Shown here one piece after another: positions 1 through 11,220 of a DNA stretch of 64,000 bases. The notes under the pieces were generated by a model. It was not told where the DNA came from. It saw nothing but the letters and a program-made list of their open reading frames with translations, and ran no database searches. Position numbers and translations under genes: made by a program. The DNA lies in assembly GCF_001194135.2 (NCBI RefSeq), contig NC_068983.1, positions 87,527,450-87,591,449 on the forward strand. Direction: 5' to 3'. How positions within the stretch are numbered: position 1 is the stretch's first letter; each line of letters begins with the position of its first letter. This stretch comes from Octopus bimaculoides (lineage: Eukaryota).

Positions 1-70
1 CTCTCTCACCCTTTACGCCTAATATACATGTGTGTGTGTATGAAGGGTGTGTATGTATGCGTGTGTGTGC

Positions 71-115
<45 letters not shown>

Positions 116-775
116 GGCTGGGTTTCAAAAGAAGCACCACCTAAATGGAGAATTGATTCTGTAATAAATTTTCTTTTGTAGATTTGTATCATAATAGGTT
201 TCAAACATATAATTTTGGCAAAAAAATCAAGAATGAAACAACTACATCAAGTTACAAACTCCAAACAGAAATGAAAGGTCTAGAGAAAAAACAAAGAAGG
301 AAACAATGTTTTAAAGAATCTTTCAGATGAATTGTAATCTCAGATATTCTAAAAATAGGNNNNNNNNNNNNNNNNNNNNNNNNNNNNNNNNNNNNNNNNN
401 NNNNNNNNNNNNNNNNNNNNNNNNNNNNNNNNNNNNNNNNNNNNNNNNNNNNNNNNNNNNNNNNNNNNNNNNNNNNNNNNNNNNNNNNNNNNNNNNNNNN
501 NNNNNNNNNNNNNNNNNNNNNNNNNNNNNNNNNNNNNNNNNNNNNNNNNNNNNNNNNNNNNNNNNNNNNNNNNNNNNNNNNNNNNNNNNNNNNNNNNNNN
601 NNNNNNNNNNNNNNNNNNNNNNNNNNNNNNNNNNNNNNNNNNNNNNNNNNNNNNNNNNNGAAATGGATCACATCTTGTGTCTATTAAAACCTAAATTGTT
701 CTCAACATGAAATATAGCAGCATACCAAAAACGTGAGCGGGCAAGACATTTAAAATCACCTAAACAAGCATTATT

Positions 776-840
776 AAACAGGAACTAGTTTCGGATTTAA
801 CAAATTCTTACCATTTGTCTATTTCTCATCAGCCTGATTT
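776..840 (-). ncRNA. Candidate minimal type-I hammerhead ribozyme (Penelope-type, palindromic helix III)
   Basis: Minus strand reads AAAT-CAGG-CTGATGA-[G..stem II..C]-GAAA-CTAGT-T-CCTG-TTT. It has the exact CUGAUGA and GAAA core, CAGG/CCTG helix I, ACTAGT palindromic helix III, and a 13-bp stem II with 10 of 13 positions paired. Confidence 0.6.
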
Positions 841-936
841 GTAATGAGCCGTAATCATCAGAATCGTATACAGAGTTGCCCACCGCCATTGGTGCGCGTG
901 TATATGGTTCTGCTAATTACAGCTTAATGGTAAAAT

Positions 937-981
<45 letters not shown>

Positions 982-983
<2 letters not shown>

Positions 984-1350
984 CCCCCACCACTGCTTGA
1001 CATCCAGTATTGGTGTGTTTATATCCCCATAACTTGGCAATTTGGCAGAAGGGACCGATAGAATAAGTACTAGGCTTAAAAAAAGAAGTCGTGGGGTCAA
1101 TTTGTTCAAATAAAACCCTTCAAGGCAGTGCCCCAGCATGGCCACAGTCAAATGACTGAAATAAGTAAAAGATAAAAAATATATCCATATCTTTATTGGG
1201 GGTCATTGTCTTGAAGATTCTACTCAAAGAAATCAACCCCAGTACTTTTTAAGCCAGGTACTTATTCTGGTGGTCTCTTTTTTGAAGCCGCTAAGTTACA
1301 GGAACAAAAACAAACCAACATAGGTTGACAAGTCGTGGTGTTGGACAAAC
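982..1350. mobile_element. Two octopus-type SINE 3-prime halves in tail-to-tail inverted orientation
   Basis: The plus copy (about 982-1175, ...GATAGAATAAGTACTAGGCTT...CCCCAGCATGGCCACAGTCAAATGACTG) and the minus copy (about 1200-1350, extending to about 1470) are reverse complements of the same repeat, which recurs throughout the window. Confidence 0.7.
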
Positions 1351-2171
1351 ATAAAAACACACATATAGATGATGCGATTCCACACAGTTTCCTTCTGTCA
1401 AATTTACTCACAGAGAATTGATTGGCCCAGGGCTGACATAGAACACTCTTGGCCATGGTGCTGAAACTGTGGCTTCAAAGCAAGCTTCTAAATCACACAC
1501 CTATATATATGTATATATATTACACACCTCTTTTGTCATCAGACCCTACCTGCCATCACTCCCTTCGATATTCTCTCAGCTTCAATCCTCCACTCCAGTC
1601 ATTATTTCTTCTGTAATACTCTTGTTCCCTTCACCTCCTCTAGTTTGTCTGTCATTACCTATTCTTTTCATCTTGGTCACATTGCCTTGAATGAACAATA
1701 TAGAGCAGTGAGGTAGAAGGTAACCTCACTTGCACTGGTGACATGAAAAAATGCACACAGGAAGGAGGAAAGACAAATATATGGTTCAGAGGGCCTTTTA
1801 GTCTTTTAGAAGACATAACAACTTAACTTCTTTTGTACTGGAACCATGGTAAACTGTACTCACTACATTCTGTAAAGCGATTTGTGTTAGGAAGGGCATC
1901 CAACAATACCAAATAAACTAATAATATCCAACAATATCAAATAAACTAATAAGGGAATATGCAAACAAGATGTGGTCTTCCAACCTGTCTAGGTGAAGAG
2001 TGTCTCTGAATATAGATTGCCATGTCCAACTCATTCCAAAATGGAAAGCAGATGTAAAATGATAATGTTATATGACAAATATACATAATATATATATGTT
2101 GCACTAATAAATGACAATGTCATATATATATGTAGAGAGAGAGGGAGTGGGAAGAGGGCATATGTACTGGG

Positions 2172-2287
2172 AAATTAAGATAAACACCAGTATAAATATT
2201 TAGTGCCTTATTGCATTTTGTTAAAGAGATCTCTGTAACAAAATGCAATAAGGAACTAAATATGTATATTGGTGTTTATCTTAATTT
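2172..2287. repeat. Loopless imperfect palindrome (fold-back / MITE-like hairpin)
   Basis: Arms 2172-2229 and 2230-2287 are reverse complements centred on AGAGA|TCTCT with a few mismatches. Degenerate pairing extends to about 2153 and 2304. Confidence 0.85.
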
Positions 2288-3479
2288 TTCACTATATGTG
2301 CTCTATATATAACTAGAAACACTATTAAGTACAGTAGTTGACTAGCCACTAAAGTGAAAGATGACTGGATACGTGTAGCTCTAACTCATACAGTAGTAGT
2401 GTTGTACCCCCTCACACACACACATAATCTGTCCTCTGTCAAAACCCTCACACTCTCACCATGTCCACCTCAGTCCTCATCTCTAATCATCTGTAACACT
2501 ATTTACATGCATTTCCAAACTTACCTATTTACGAACCCTTTCAGTTGCTCTTTCTCTATTCTCTCTCTTACATTCCCTTGTACATTGAGGATATCCCCAG
2601 CTCTCTCTCTTCTCTTTGCAAGTTCCTGTCCCAGTTCCTATGCTTCTATCATACTCTCACATACTGAAGCAGTTATGAAAAGCTATCAAGACCAAACACC
2701 CAGGAAAACTAATGAATGGGGTCTTGTTTCATCAGGACAATGCTCCAGCATGCAAATCCCTAGTTTCAGTGGTTGTTGTGCATGGTTGTGGCTTTAAACT
2801 GGTCGATCACCATCCCTAATCTCCTGATTTATTCCCATCTGACTATATTCACTCAGTTGTAAGTACTTGGTAACCTCAGTGCAATGAAAAGAAAAACACC
2901 CAGTACATACTGCACAGTGGTTGGAGTTAGGAATTGCATCCAGCTGTAGGAACCATGTCAAAGCAGACACTGGAGCTTGGCACAATCCTCTGGCTCATTT
3001 GTTGAAAGCACCTGGCCCATGCCAGTATGGATGATGAATGTTAGATTATGATAATGATGGTGTGTGCATGCTTGCACGTATCCATGCGTGTGTGTTCAGA
3101 AAATGCAAAAATGAAATCTAAATAGTCATTCAATAATGGTTTCATTTTTTGGCACAAGGCCAGCAAGTTTGGCGTAAGTTGATACTTATTTTATTGATCC
3201 TGAAAGAATGAAAGGCAAAGTCAACCATGGAGGGATTTGGACACAAAATATAAAGACAGATGATATTGCCAGGCATGATAACAATTCTGCCAGCTTATGT
3301 TCATTCTCAATCTCTTTTTTTTTTTTTTGAGATTTTAGCATCAACATCAGTTAGTAGTAAGACTAATTATGCTGTTATATGCAGAATTATTTCATGTTTT
3401 GCAGTATTACTATTATATATATGTTGGTAACAGTTAGTTACAACTAATATTATTGGTTATAATTAATGCTTTTAATTAC

Positions 3480-3644
3480 CTTGGGAACTGGTATTGGTCT
3501 CACTGGAGGCTTGGGTGTATTAGGTAGACTGATGCTCCATTTGTTGTATGGATCCCCTTCATAAGTACACTGTATGTTTAAAATTGTTGAACAAATTTCT
3601 TTCTCAGTTAAATTACTTTTAGAAAGCACATAGAGGGTTTCAGG
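3480..3644 (-). CDS. SMPD1: Acid sphingomyelinase-like (SMPD1-like) second coding exon: end of saposin-B domain and proline-rich linker
   Basis: Bounded by TTTTCAG| acceptor and AAG|GTAATT donor; 165 nt, phase 0-0, in frame with the previous exon. Translates as PETLYVLSKSNLTEKEICSTILNIQCTYEGDPYNKWSISLPNTPKPPVRPIPVPK. It supplies saposin Cys 5 and 6 and the W-x-I-S-L-P-x-x-P-K-P-P linker typical of acid sphingomyelinases. It is not in the ORF track. Confidence 0.9.
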
Positions 3645-3742
3645 CTGAAAATTTAATAGAATATATACATATATAGAATAGTAGCAATGTGTAACATATT
3701 AAATATGCTTAAATATAATATAGAAAGATGCTTTCATACATA

Positions 3743-4939
3743 CAAGGGGTGGTTGAAAAGTTCATAGACTTACCAAGATACCCTCATGAAATGTGACCAA
3801 ATAAAGTCTATTTTTCAACATAGCCTCTCTCCCCACTGTAGTCTACATACTTCTTCCATCGGTGTTGCAGCACTTGGATCCCATTGGTGAAGCTTTTATC
3901 ATGTTGGTCAAAAAATTCATGAACAGCAAATATGACATCATTATCACTGTGATACTGGTTCCCAGCCAAGCGCTTTTTCATGTTAGGGAACAGGTGATAG
4001 TCAGATGGGGCAAAATCAGGAGCAGAAGGAGGGTGATCAATTAGTTCAAAGCCACACTCATGCACAGCAGCCATTGAAACCAGGGACTTACATGCTGGAG
4101 CATTGTCCTGATGAAACAAGACCCCTTTCATTAGTTTTCCTCAGCATTTCATTTTGATAGCCTTTTGTAACTGCCTCAGTAAGTTGGCATAGTACTCTCC
4201 ACTGATGTGTGGTCCTTTTGAAGAAAGTCAATAAGCATAGTGCCTTTTGCATCCCAAAAAACTGAGGCCATCACTTTCCCTGCAGATGAAATGACCTTGG
4301 CCTTCTTTGGAGTAGGTTGGCGGGGGTGTTTCCACTGCATTGATTGTCTCTTTGTTTTTGGTTCAAAGTGATGTACCTAACACTCATCCTGGTTTAGGAA
4401 ACATTCAAGAAAACATTCAAGAAAACCATGTCAGATCTGATCAACTTGGTGTGCTTTTGATCAGGTGTCAAATGTGACACCCACCAAACGGAAACATTTG
4501 TCATGCCAAGTTCATTGTGCATAATATTCTCAACTCTCTCATGGGATATGCTAATAGCATAGGCGGCAGGATGTCCAGACCCTGGGTCAGCTTCAACACT
4601 CCCCCTTCCCCTCTTAAATTCAGATGTTAACTTTTGCATTGTTGATAAAGCTGGCATGTCATCCCCAATTGTAGTGAACATGTCAGCATGAATGCCCTTA
4701 GGGGCTAAACCCTCTTTCTGCAGGTACTTGATAGCACCTCAATGCCAAATTTTGTCCATTTTCAAAAGAAGTTGCTACTAGTTACTTTTGAAGTTTTCTT
4801 TGAACAGCCAGATGTCATTTTACTTAGAAAGAAACAATGCAGTTATTAATAAGAACAGGTAAAATTACTGCATGCAAGATTTCACACCTCTAGCATCAAT
4901 CATTCATAGTCAGCCCATGAACTTTTCAGCCCACCCTCG
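3743..4939 (-). mobile_element. Defective mariner (DD34D) transposon
   Basis: About 28-bp TIRs (TA|CAAGGGGTGGTTGAAAAGTTCATAGACT and AGCCCATGAACTTTTCAGCCCACCCTCG|TA) with TA TSD. Broken transposase shows FHQDNAP, HPPSAPDFAPSDYHLFP and RWKKYVD motifs. Confidence 0.9.
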
Positions 4940-5109
4940 TATACATGCACATATATGCTTTCAATGAGATATATAGTCTTTTAAGTAAATTAAAAGAAAT
5001 GACAGCTGTGGAGTTCGAATTCAGAACATAACTATGTAACACATCTTGTTTTGGCATTCCACTTACCTTACTGGTCACTGCACACTCACTTGTCATATAT
5101 AAATGCATG

Positions 5110-5161
<52 letters not shown>

Positions 5162-5243
5162 CACACGCACACAAAGGAGAACCAGAATATTAAATTACAT
5201 TAATAAAATGACACTAATATGAGTGTCAAAGTGTATTACTTAC

Positions 5244-5513
5244 TTGGAATTCTTTGACAACATCAGCACATACTTTACGACTTTCAATGTAGAAATGTAT
5301 ACAAGCTTCTTTGATGATTTCACCAATGAGTGAACTTTGGGGATTACTCTTCAATATCTTTCGGAAAAATACAATTGCTGATTCACAAGCAAGGCATTTC
5401 AGAGAAAGTTTCAAGGAACGCTTTTCTACTTGATGGTGAAGTGGAGAAGTTGTAACAAAAGCCACCCAAGACACAAGCAAAACAGCTGGTATAACATAAT
5501 AGAGTTTCATCAT
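5244..5513 (-). CDS. SMPD1: Acid sphingomyelinase-like (SMPD1-like) first coding exon: signal peptide, KR site, N-terminal part of saposin-B domain
   Basis: Translates as MMKLYYVIPAVLLVSWVAFVTTSPLHHQVEKRSLKLSLKCLACESAIVFFRKILKSNPQSSLIGEIIKEACIHFYIESRKVCADVVKEFQ (90 aa). It has a hydrophobic signal peptide and CxxC...C...C saposin spacing. It ends at a phase-0 CAA|GTAAGT donor (5238-5243). A polypyrimidine tract plus CAG acceptor (5524-5526) lies 10 nt upstream of the ATG. Confidence 0.88.
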
Positions 5514-6664
5514 TGATAAATTTCTGGAATAGAAAAAGAAAAAGGGAAAATTTATATCATAAAACAAAAGTAAACTATGAACTATTAAAGAATAAAAAAA
5601 TCCTCTTTCATTAGTTACTTATTTCAGTCTTTGGACTATGGCCAAACTGGGGCACTACCATGAAGTATGTAGTCAAACAAATTGACCTCAGTACTTTATG
5701 GGGATGTAAACAAACAACACAAACAGATGCACATGCACACACATAAATAGACTTCTTTCAGTTTCTGTTTACCATGTAACATATTTTTAAGCCTGATACT
5801 TATTCTATTGGTATTTTCTCTTGCTGAATTGCTAAGTTACAGGGACATAAAACAAACTAACACTGGTTGTCAAGTAGTGATGTGGGGACAAACACACACA
5901 CACACATGATGGGCTTCTTTCAGTTTCTGTCTACCAAATCCACTCATAAGGTTTTGGTTGACCTGAGGCTATAGTAAAAGACATTAGCTCAAGGTGCCAT
6001 GCAATGGGACTGAACCCAGAACCATGTGGTTGGGAAGTAAACTTCTTACCACACAGCCATGCCTATACCTATACATCAAGATAAAAATTAATTCTGTAAA
6101 TTTCAGAATTAGGAATCTGACAAAACAATGAAATGATTGAAGCTTATATCTAACCTAATCATTGTTATTGTTTTTATTTGTGTTGTCAGAGAGTTCTCAT
6201 TTAATGAGCATTGTATTAAAAAATGTGCAAGTTCCACTTGCATTCTATTCATGATTAGCAGTTAACCATTGTTATGTACAATGATCCTTTAACTTGGCAA
6301 TTGTCCACGAGACTTGTAAATAAAGGCAGAGAAGTCTGCAAACCACTACCACATGGTTTTTGACAAAAACAGAACTAAAGATTATAGATATTATAACAGT
6401 TAATGATCCTTGTGGCCAAAACCACAACAACCACAACAACCACAACATATCATGACTGAACTTTGTCACCAATTGTTATAGTCTCTATCAAACCACTGGA
6501 AATGTTAGAGAAAGAGAACTAGATAACCCATTTATTAACAATTTCACATTAGCTTTCCAGTGTTAGTTGTAGCTGACTGGGTTTGCAAAATATCAGAGTA
6601 AATATTCAATAATGGAATTATTTCCTTAAATACCAACCAACCAGCCAACCAACCAAAATTGGAA

Positions 6665-7082
6665 ACATTTATTGTGGAGGGAACATGTGGAAGGGGTAGA
6701 CCAAAAAGATGTGGAATGAAGTGGTGAGAAAGGATCTTCAGATGCTGGGCTTCACAGAGGGGATGATGAGAGACCAAGACTTCTGGCAGTTTGTTGTGCT
6801 TGAGAAGATGCATCAAGCTAAGTAAAATCGCAGTTGTCTTTGCATACAGGCATGTCCCCAACATCCCACTTCAGCTGAACAATGCTAATCTTGTGGGTGT
6901 AGGTGCCACATAAAAAAAACCATCCAGTATACTCTGTAAAGTGGTTGGCTTTAAGAAGGGAATCCAGCCGAAGAAACTATGCCAAAACAGACATGAAGCC
7001 TGGGCAGCTTTTCAGCTGGCCAGTCCCTGTTAAACAGTCCAACACATGGCAACATGGAAAACAGATATTAAATGATGATGAT
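6665..7082 (+). mobile_element. RTE-type LINE 3-prime end with shared SINE-like tail
   Basis: Degenerate ORF2 C-terminus (VEGTCGRGRP..W.EVVRKDL), followed by the recurrent AGGAAGGGCATCCAGC...(GAT)n tail. Confidence 0.65.
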
Positions 7083-8527
7083 TAATTTTTATGTTGTTAA
7101 ATTAAAATAGAAATAATAATTGAATTTTTAAATATCTAAGAAGAGAATTGTTAATAAGATTGATATCTTCCAGCATTTGGAATTTATATCTATAATGTGG
7201 CTGTGTGGTAAGAAATTTGTTCCCTAAATACATGGTTTTGAGTTCAGTTCTTGGGTAAGTGTCTTTCTTCTATACTCTAGGGCTGACAAAAGCCTTATGC
7301 GTGGATGTGGTAGATGGAAACTGAGGGAGTGTGTGTGTGCGTGTGTGTGCATGAGTGCGTGTTTTTGTGTTTGTCCCTCAGTAACTTAGTAGGTTGGTGA
7401 AAGAGACTGATAAAATAAATACCATAAGTACTGTGGTCGATTTGATTGACTAAAACCCTTAAAGGTGGTCCCAAGCATGACTGCAATCTAATAACCATAC
7501 GTACCAGACAAATGTAAGAAACAAATCTATCCATACCCAGAAGAAAACTGCCTGCACATAGAATGCAATTAACCTTAGTTTGGAAATAAAGATTCTTAGT
7601 TCAAATGCAGGAATAAAACATATGATGGTAATAAATCAAATTATGAAAATGTAAAGTAAATTGTAAATAATGACATGGAAGATGAAGTTGATAGTCTCCA
7701 AAACTCTATCCTGTTAGGAATGTTCATGTTTTAACATTGTAAAAATGAAATCAAAAATAAACAAACTGAATTTGAAATATAATGTGAAGAACCATTGATC
7801 TGTTTTTTAATTTCACTTTTTACTTTCATTTATAAACAACACTTTAATTTTAAATTATAACATTTAAATACAAAGAAACAGGAAAAAAAAAACAAGAAAA
7901 AGAAAAGAGAAAAAGAAAGAAAGAAACTAAGTGGGGGTAAAGCAGCAGAAGATGGAGGGGTGGATGTGGCACGTACGCTAGAACAAATAGTGTGCTCAGC
8001 CGTGCTCTGCAATAATGATCTGTTTATACTGTACATGCTATTAAGAATAATTAACTTGGCTAATGAGTATTAAATCAGATGTGATATACTGAAGGGTAAT
8101 AACACAGGAGACAAGACTAATTTGTTTCATGAAGGATGCAGACAGTTTTCAGATAGATACAAAATATTAGATGAAAGGAAATGAAATTTTTCTTAAGATT
8201 CTAAAATTCACAACTTAGTCAAGGTCATTAACAATTTGAAATGATTGCATGTCACAATAAAACAAATATATACAAGTAGACAGATATATTTTTTTAACGC
8301 GTAAGAACTGATAGAACAGCATATATAGGAGAAAATCCTTACAGAGCAGAAAAATCTGTCAGCAGCCAGCCATGAATCTCATACATTGAAAAAATATATC
8401 TTTCTTCTTGTACTAAGACACATTCCAGTGCTTCAGAAACACATTTACGTTTGTTTACATGTGATGTAATTTCTATACATATATAAGGTTTTATATATTG
8501 TTTTATGTTTCAGCCTTAAGGCTGGGG

Positions 8528-8912
8528 TCACAAAAGTGACAGAGGCTGCTGACTAGCATCGCTTGTGCAAAAATACGAGTTAAATTAACTCTAAAGCTAC
8601 TAAAGCCCTATACTTAATGACTGATAAAGGGAGGAAAGTCCCTAATGCCTAGGGTTAACTCAACTTCATTTGTCAATCTTATAAGAAAAACCATTGAAAT
8701 CATGTGCTGATTTTCAAAAGGATAAAAGTGTAAACAACAAATTAAGAGGGTGGCTTATTAGCAATTAGAACCTAATGGCAAAATTAATAGAGATCACAAA
8801 AGTGACAGAGGTTGCTGGCTAGCATCGCTTATGCTAACATAAGAGTTAAATTAACTCTAAAACCACTAAAGCACTATACTTTGTCAGTCATTAAGTATAA
8901 TGCTTTAGTGGC
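8528..8912. repeat. About 88-bp direct repeat pair plus partial inverted copy, rich in micro-hairpins
   Basis: 8528-8615 resembles 8794-8881, and 8884-8912 is the reverse complement of about 8596-8624. Confidence 0.8.
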
Positions 8913-10139
8913 TTTCTCTCTCTATATATACAGTATGTATAAACATCATCGTTTTAGTGTCAACTTTTCCATGTTTGTGTAGGTCAGATGAAATTTGTTG
9001 AAGCACATTTTCTGATTGACTACTTTACTTGTGATCGTCAAGACTTAATTGCAAGCAAGATGATATTTTTCCCAACATTGTTTTGATGGAAGGTTGCAAA
9101 CATGTAACACTAGATGTATAATGGCGGCCTTTGTTTACAATTAGTATGATCACATCAAGATGACAGACACCAACACACATATACATACACAAACATGCAC
9201 ATATACATGTGATGGGCTTCTTTTCAGTTTCTGTTGACGAATTTTATTTTCAAAGTTTTGGTTGGCCAGGGGCTATAGTAGAAGATGCTGGCCCAAGGTG
9301 CTGCACAGGGGGACCGAACCTGAAACTGTTAATATCTAGATCTGCACCCGGTGAGGAAAATTTCCCACAGTAATATGAAATTAAAGTGGTTTTTTTTTTT
9401 TGAAAGTTACAAAAAAATATGAGTTTTGTCCAGAAGTGTGTCCGGGGAAACCGCGCTGGTGAAGTTTAGAGGGGATGTGCTCGAGAAATGTATAGAAATT
9501 AAAGGAGTGGCTGCGTGGTAAGTAGCTTGCTTACCAACATATACACATATACACACATATATACATATACACACATATACATATACACAAAGATCACACT
9601 CACATAAATTCACACATACAGATCTCACATATAAACATGACACAAGTAACAATACCCACACACACATATAAATACACCCAATCTTACTCAGGTCAAGATT
9701 ATGTAGTTTTATAATATTCAAACCAACTATTACTTTCAGGAGATGGGCTTTTTCCTGTTTTAGTTGCTCTATAGCCTTAGTAGTTTTTTCTAGGTTGATC
9801 CATCCAGTTCTGCTTTATCTATTGTGAGAGGTAATGAATTGTTGAATTGAGGAACATGCAGGGAGCATTAAAGAGATTCTGGAAATGTTTCTATCACTTG
9901 TCTAGTAGAAATATAATCTTGAAGAGTACCAGCCTGTCTGCACTATGCAAGGAATTCTGGAGTTTTTGTGAAAGGCTGTAGGCAGCCTTTAGGGCCTCAT
10001 AAAACCCTGAACTATAGTCCATCATGGCAGACAAACACTGCCCAGAAAGCCAATGTGAATTCAGAGCTAACAGGAACATCACAAACCTGGAGTTATTCTT
10101 AGGCAGCTCCAACAGAACATGAGAGGCATACAAGTAATG

Positions 10140-10460
10140 TTTGTTGCTGTTACCAAAGCACTTGGTACTGAGCAGGAAAGATCTGGGAACACAGAATGGG
10201 ACTAAGATACCCCACCTACTTCATAAATTTCTCAGAATGGTCATCTATCAATATGAAGATCAGCATAGCCAAGTTAGCCACTACAAAATACTTTCAGAAC
10301 CTTTCCAAACAGGAAAGAGGGTACAGCAATACTGAATCCCTTCAGCATAATGACTGTAAGGTCCACAGAAGACTTTCATGGGGAAGCTGGTCTCGTCATC
10401 CGATACCATCATGATGGTAGCCAGTTAGATCTGAGATATCTTCAATAACATACTAGAGTA
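10140..10460 (+). mobile_element. Highly decayed RTE (BovB-like) reverse transcriptase fragment
   Basis: Frameshifted peptides such as P..HKFLRMVIYQYEDQHSQV...LSEPF and YHHDGSQLDLRYLQ resemble the RTE RT core (KFLxMxxQLHEDQRGQV..LSEPF; YRxDGSLFNLRRLQ). Confidence 0.55.
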
Positions 10461-10556
10461 ACTCATTCAGGAGCTGCTGCAGTCAAGCTTGTCTGCCTCT
10501 ACTGGTTTTGTCTACCTGCAGTAGACACAGACAAACCCTTTCTCAATTCACTGCTT

Positions 10557-10597
<41 letters not shown>

Positions 10598-11220
10598 GCC
10601 AAGAAGAGCTTGGCTCAGTCATCAGTTTACCAGCCCCTGTCGAAAGCAGCCAACCCATGCCAGCATGGAAGATAGATGCTAAATAATGATGATGATGACA
10701 CAGAAAGAAAGTTGAATGGAGACAATTTCCTAACAAAAAAGTCATCTACTAGCTCAAAGTTTTCAAAGATATGTGGAATAAAAAAATCTCTTACATGATA
10801 AACAGATAAGAATTATCAAAAAGAAGGGTGTCTGGCTGTAAAACAATGCTTCAGTAATGTGTATTTATCTAATCTTATCTAGTATTAATATGAGGAAATG
10901 CATTAACAACAAATGGTGCACTTACAGATACACACACATATACATATACACGGTTAAAGTGATCTTAATTATCACCATTACCTTATCAGTACTCCAATCA
11001 ATATCATCCACATGTCAAATGTTGACTCACACAAGATATTTTACAACAGCAGCAAAAAATTTTGAGTGTTAGGAGCTCAATTTCATATCCTCATGACAGA
11101 AAATTCATTGTAATGAATTTCATTGTAATTAAGCTCATTTAGTGTTGTTTCAATAGAATTGTGGCCAGAGACTGAAAACAATTTTGTTACATTGGTATTT
11201 TGTATTATGTAATTTTACCT

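Noticed and set aside
2354-2797. 147-aa ORF
   Set aside because: It is low-complexity Ser/Leu/Thr sequence, antisense within the intron, with no domain features.
1-3479. Third coding exon of the sphingomyelinase (expected metallophosphoesterase motif such as HLSDIH)
   Set aside because: It was not found in the readable sequence. It is presumably left of the window or inside the 360-659 gap.
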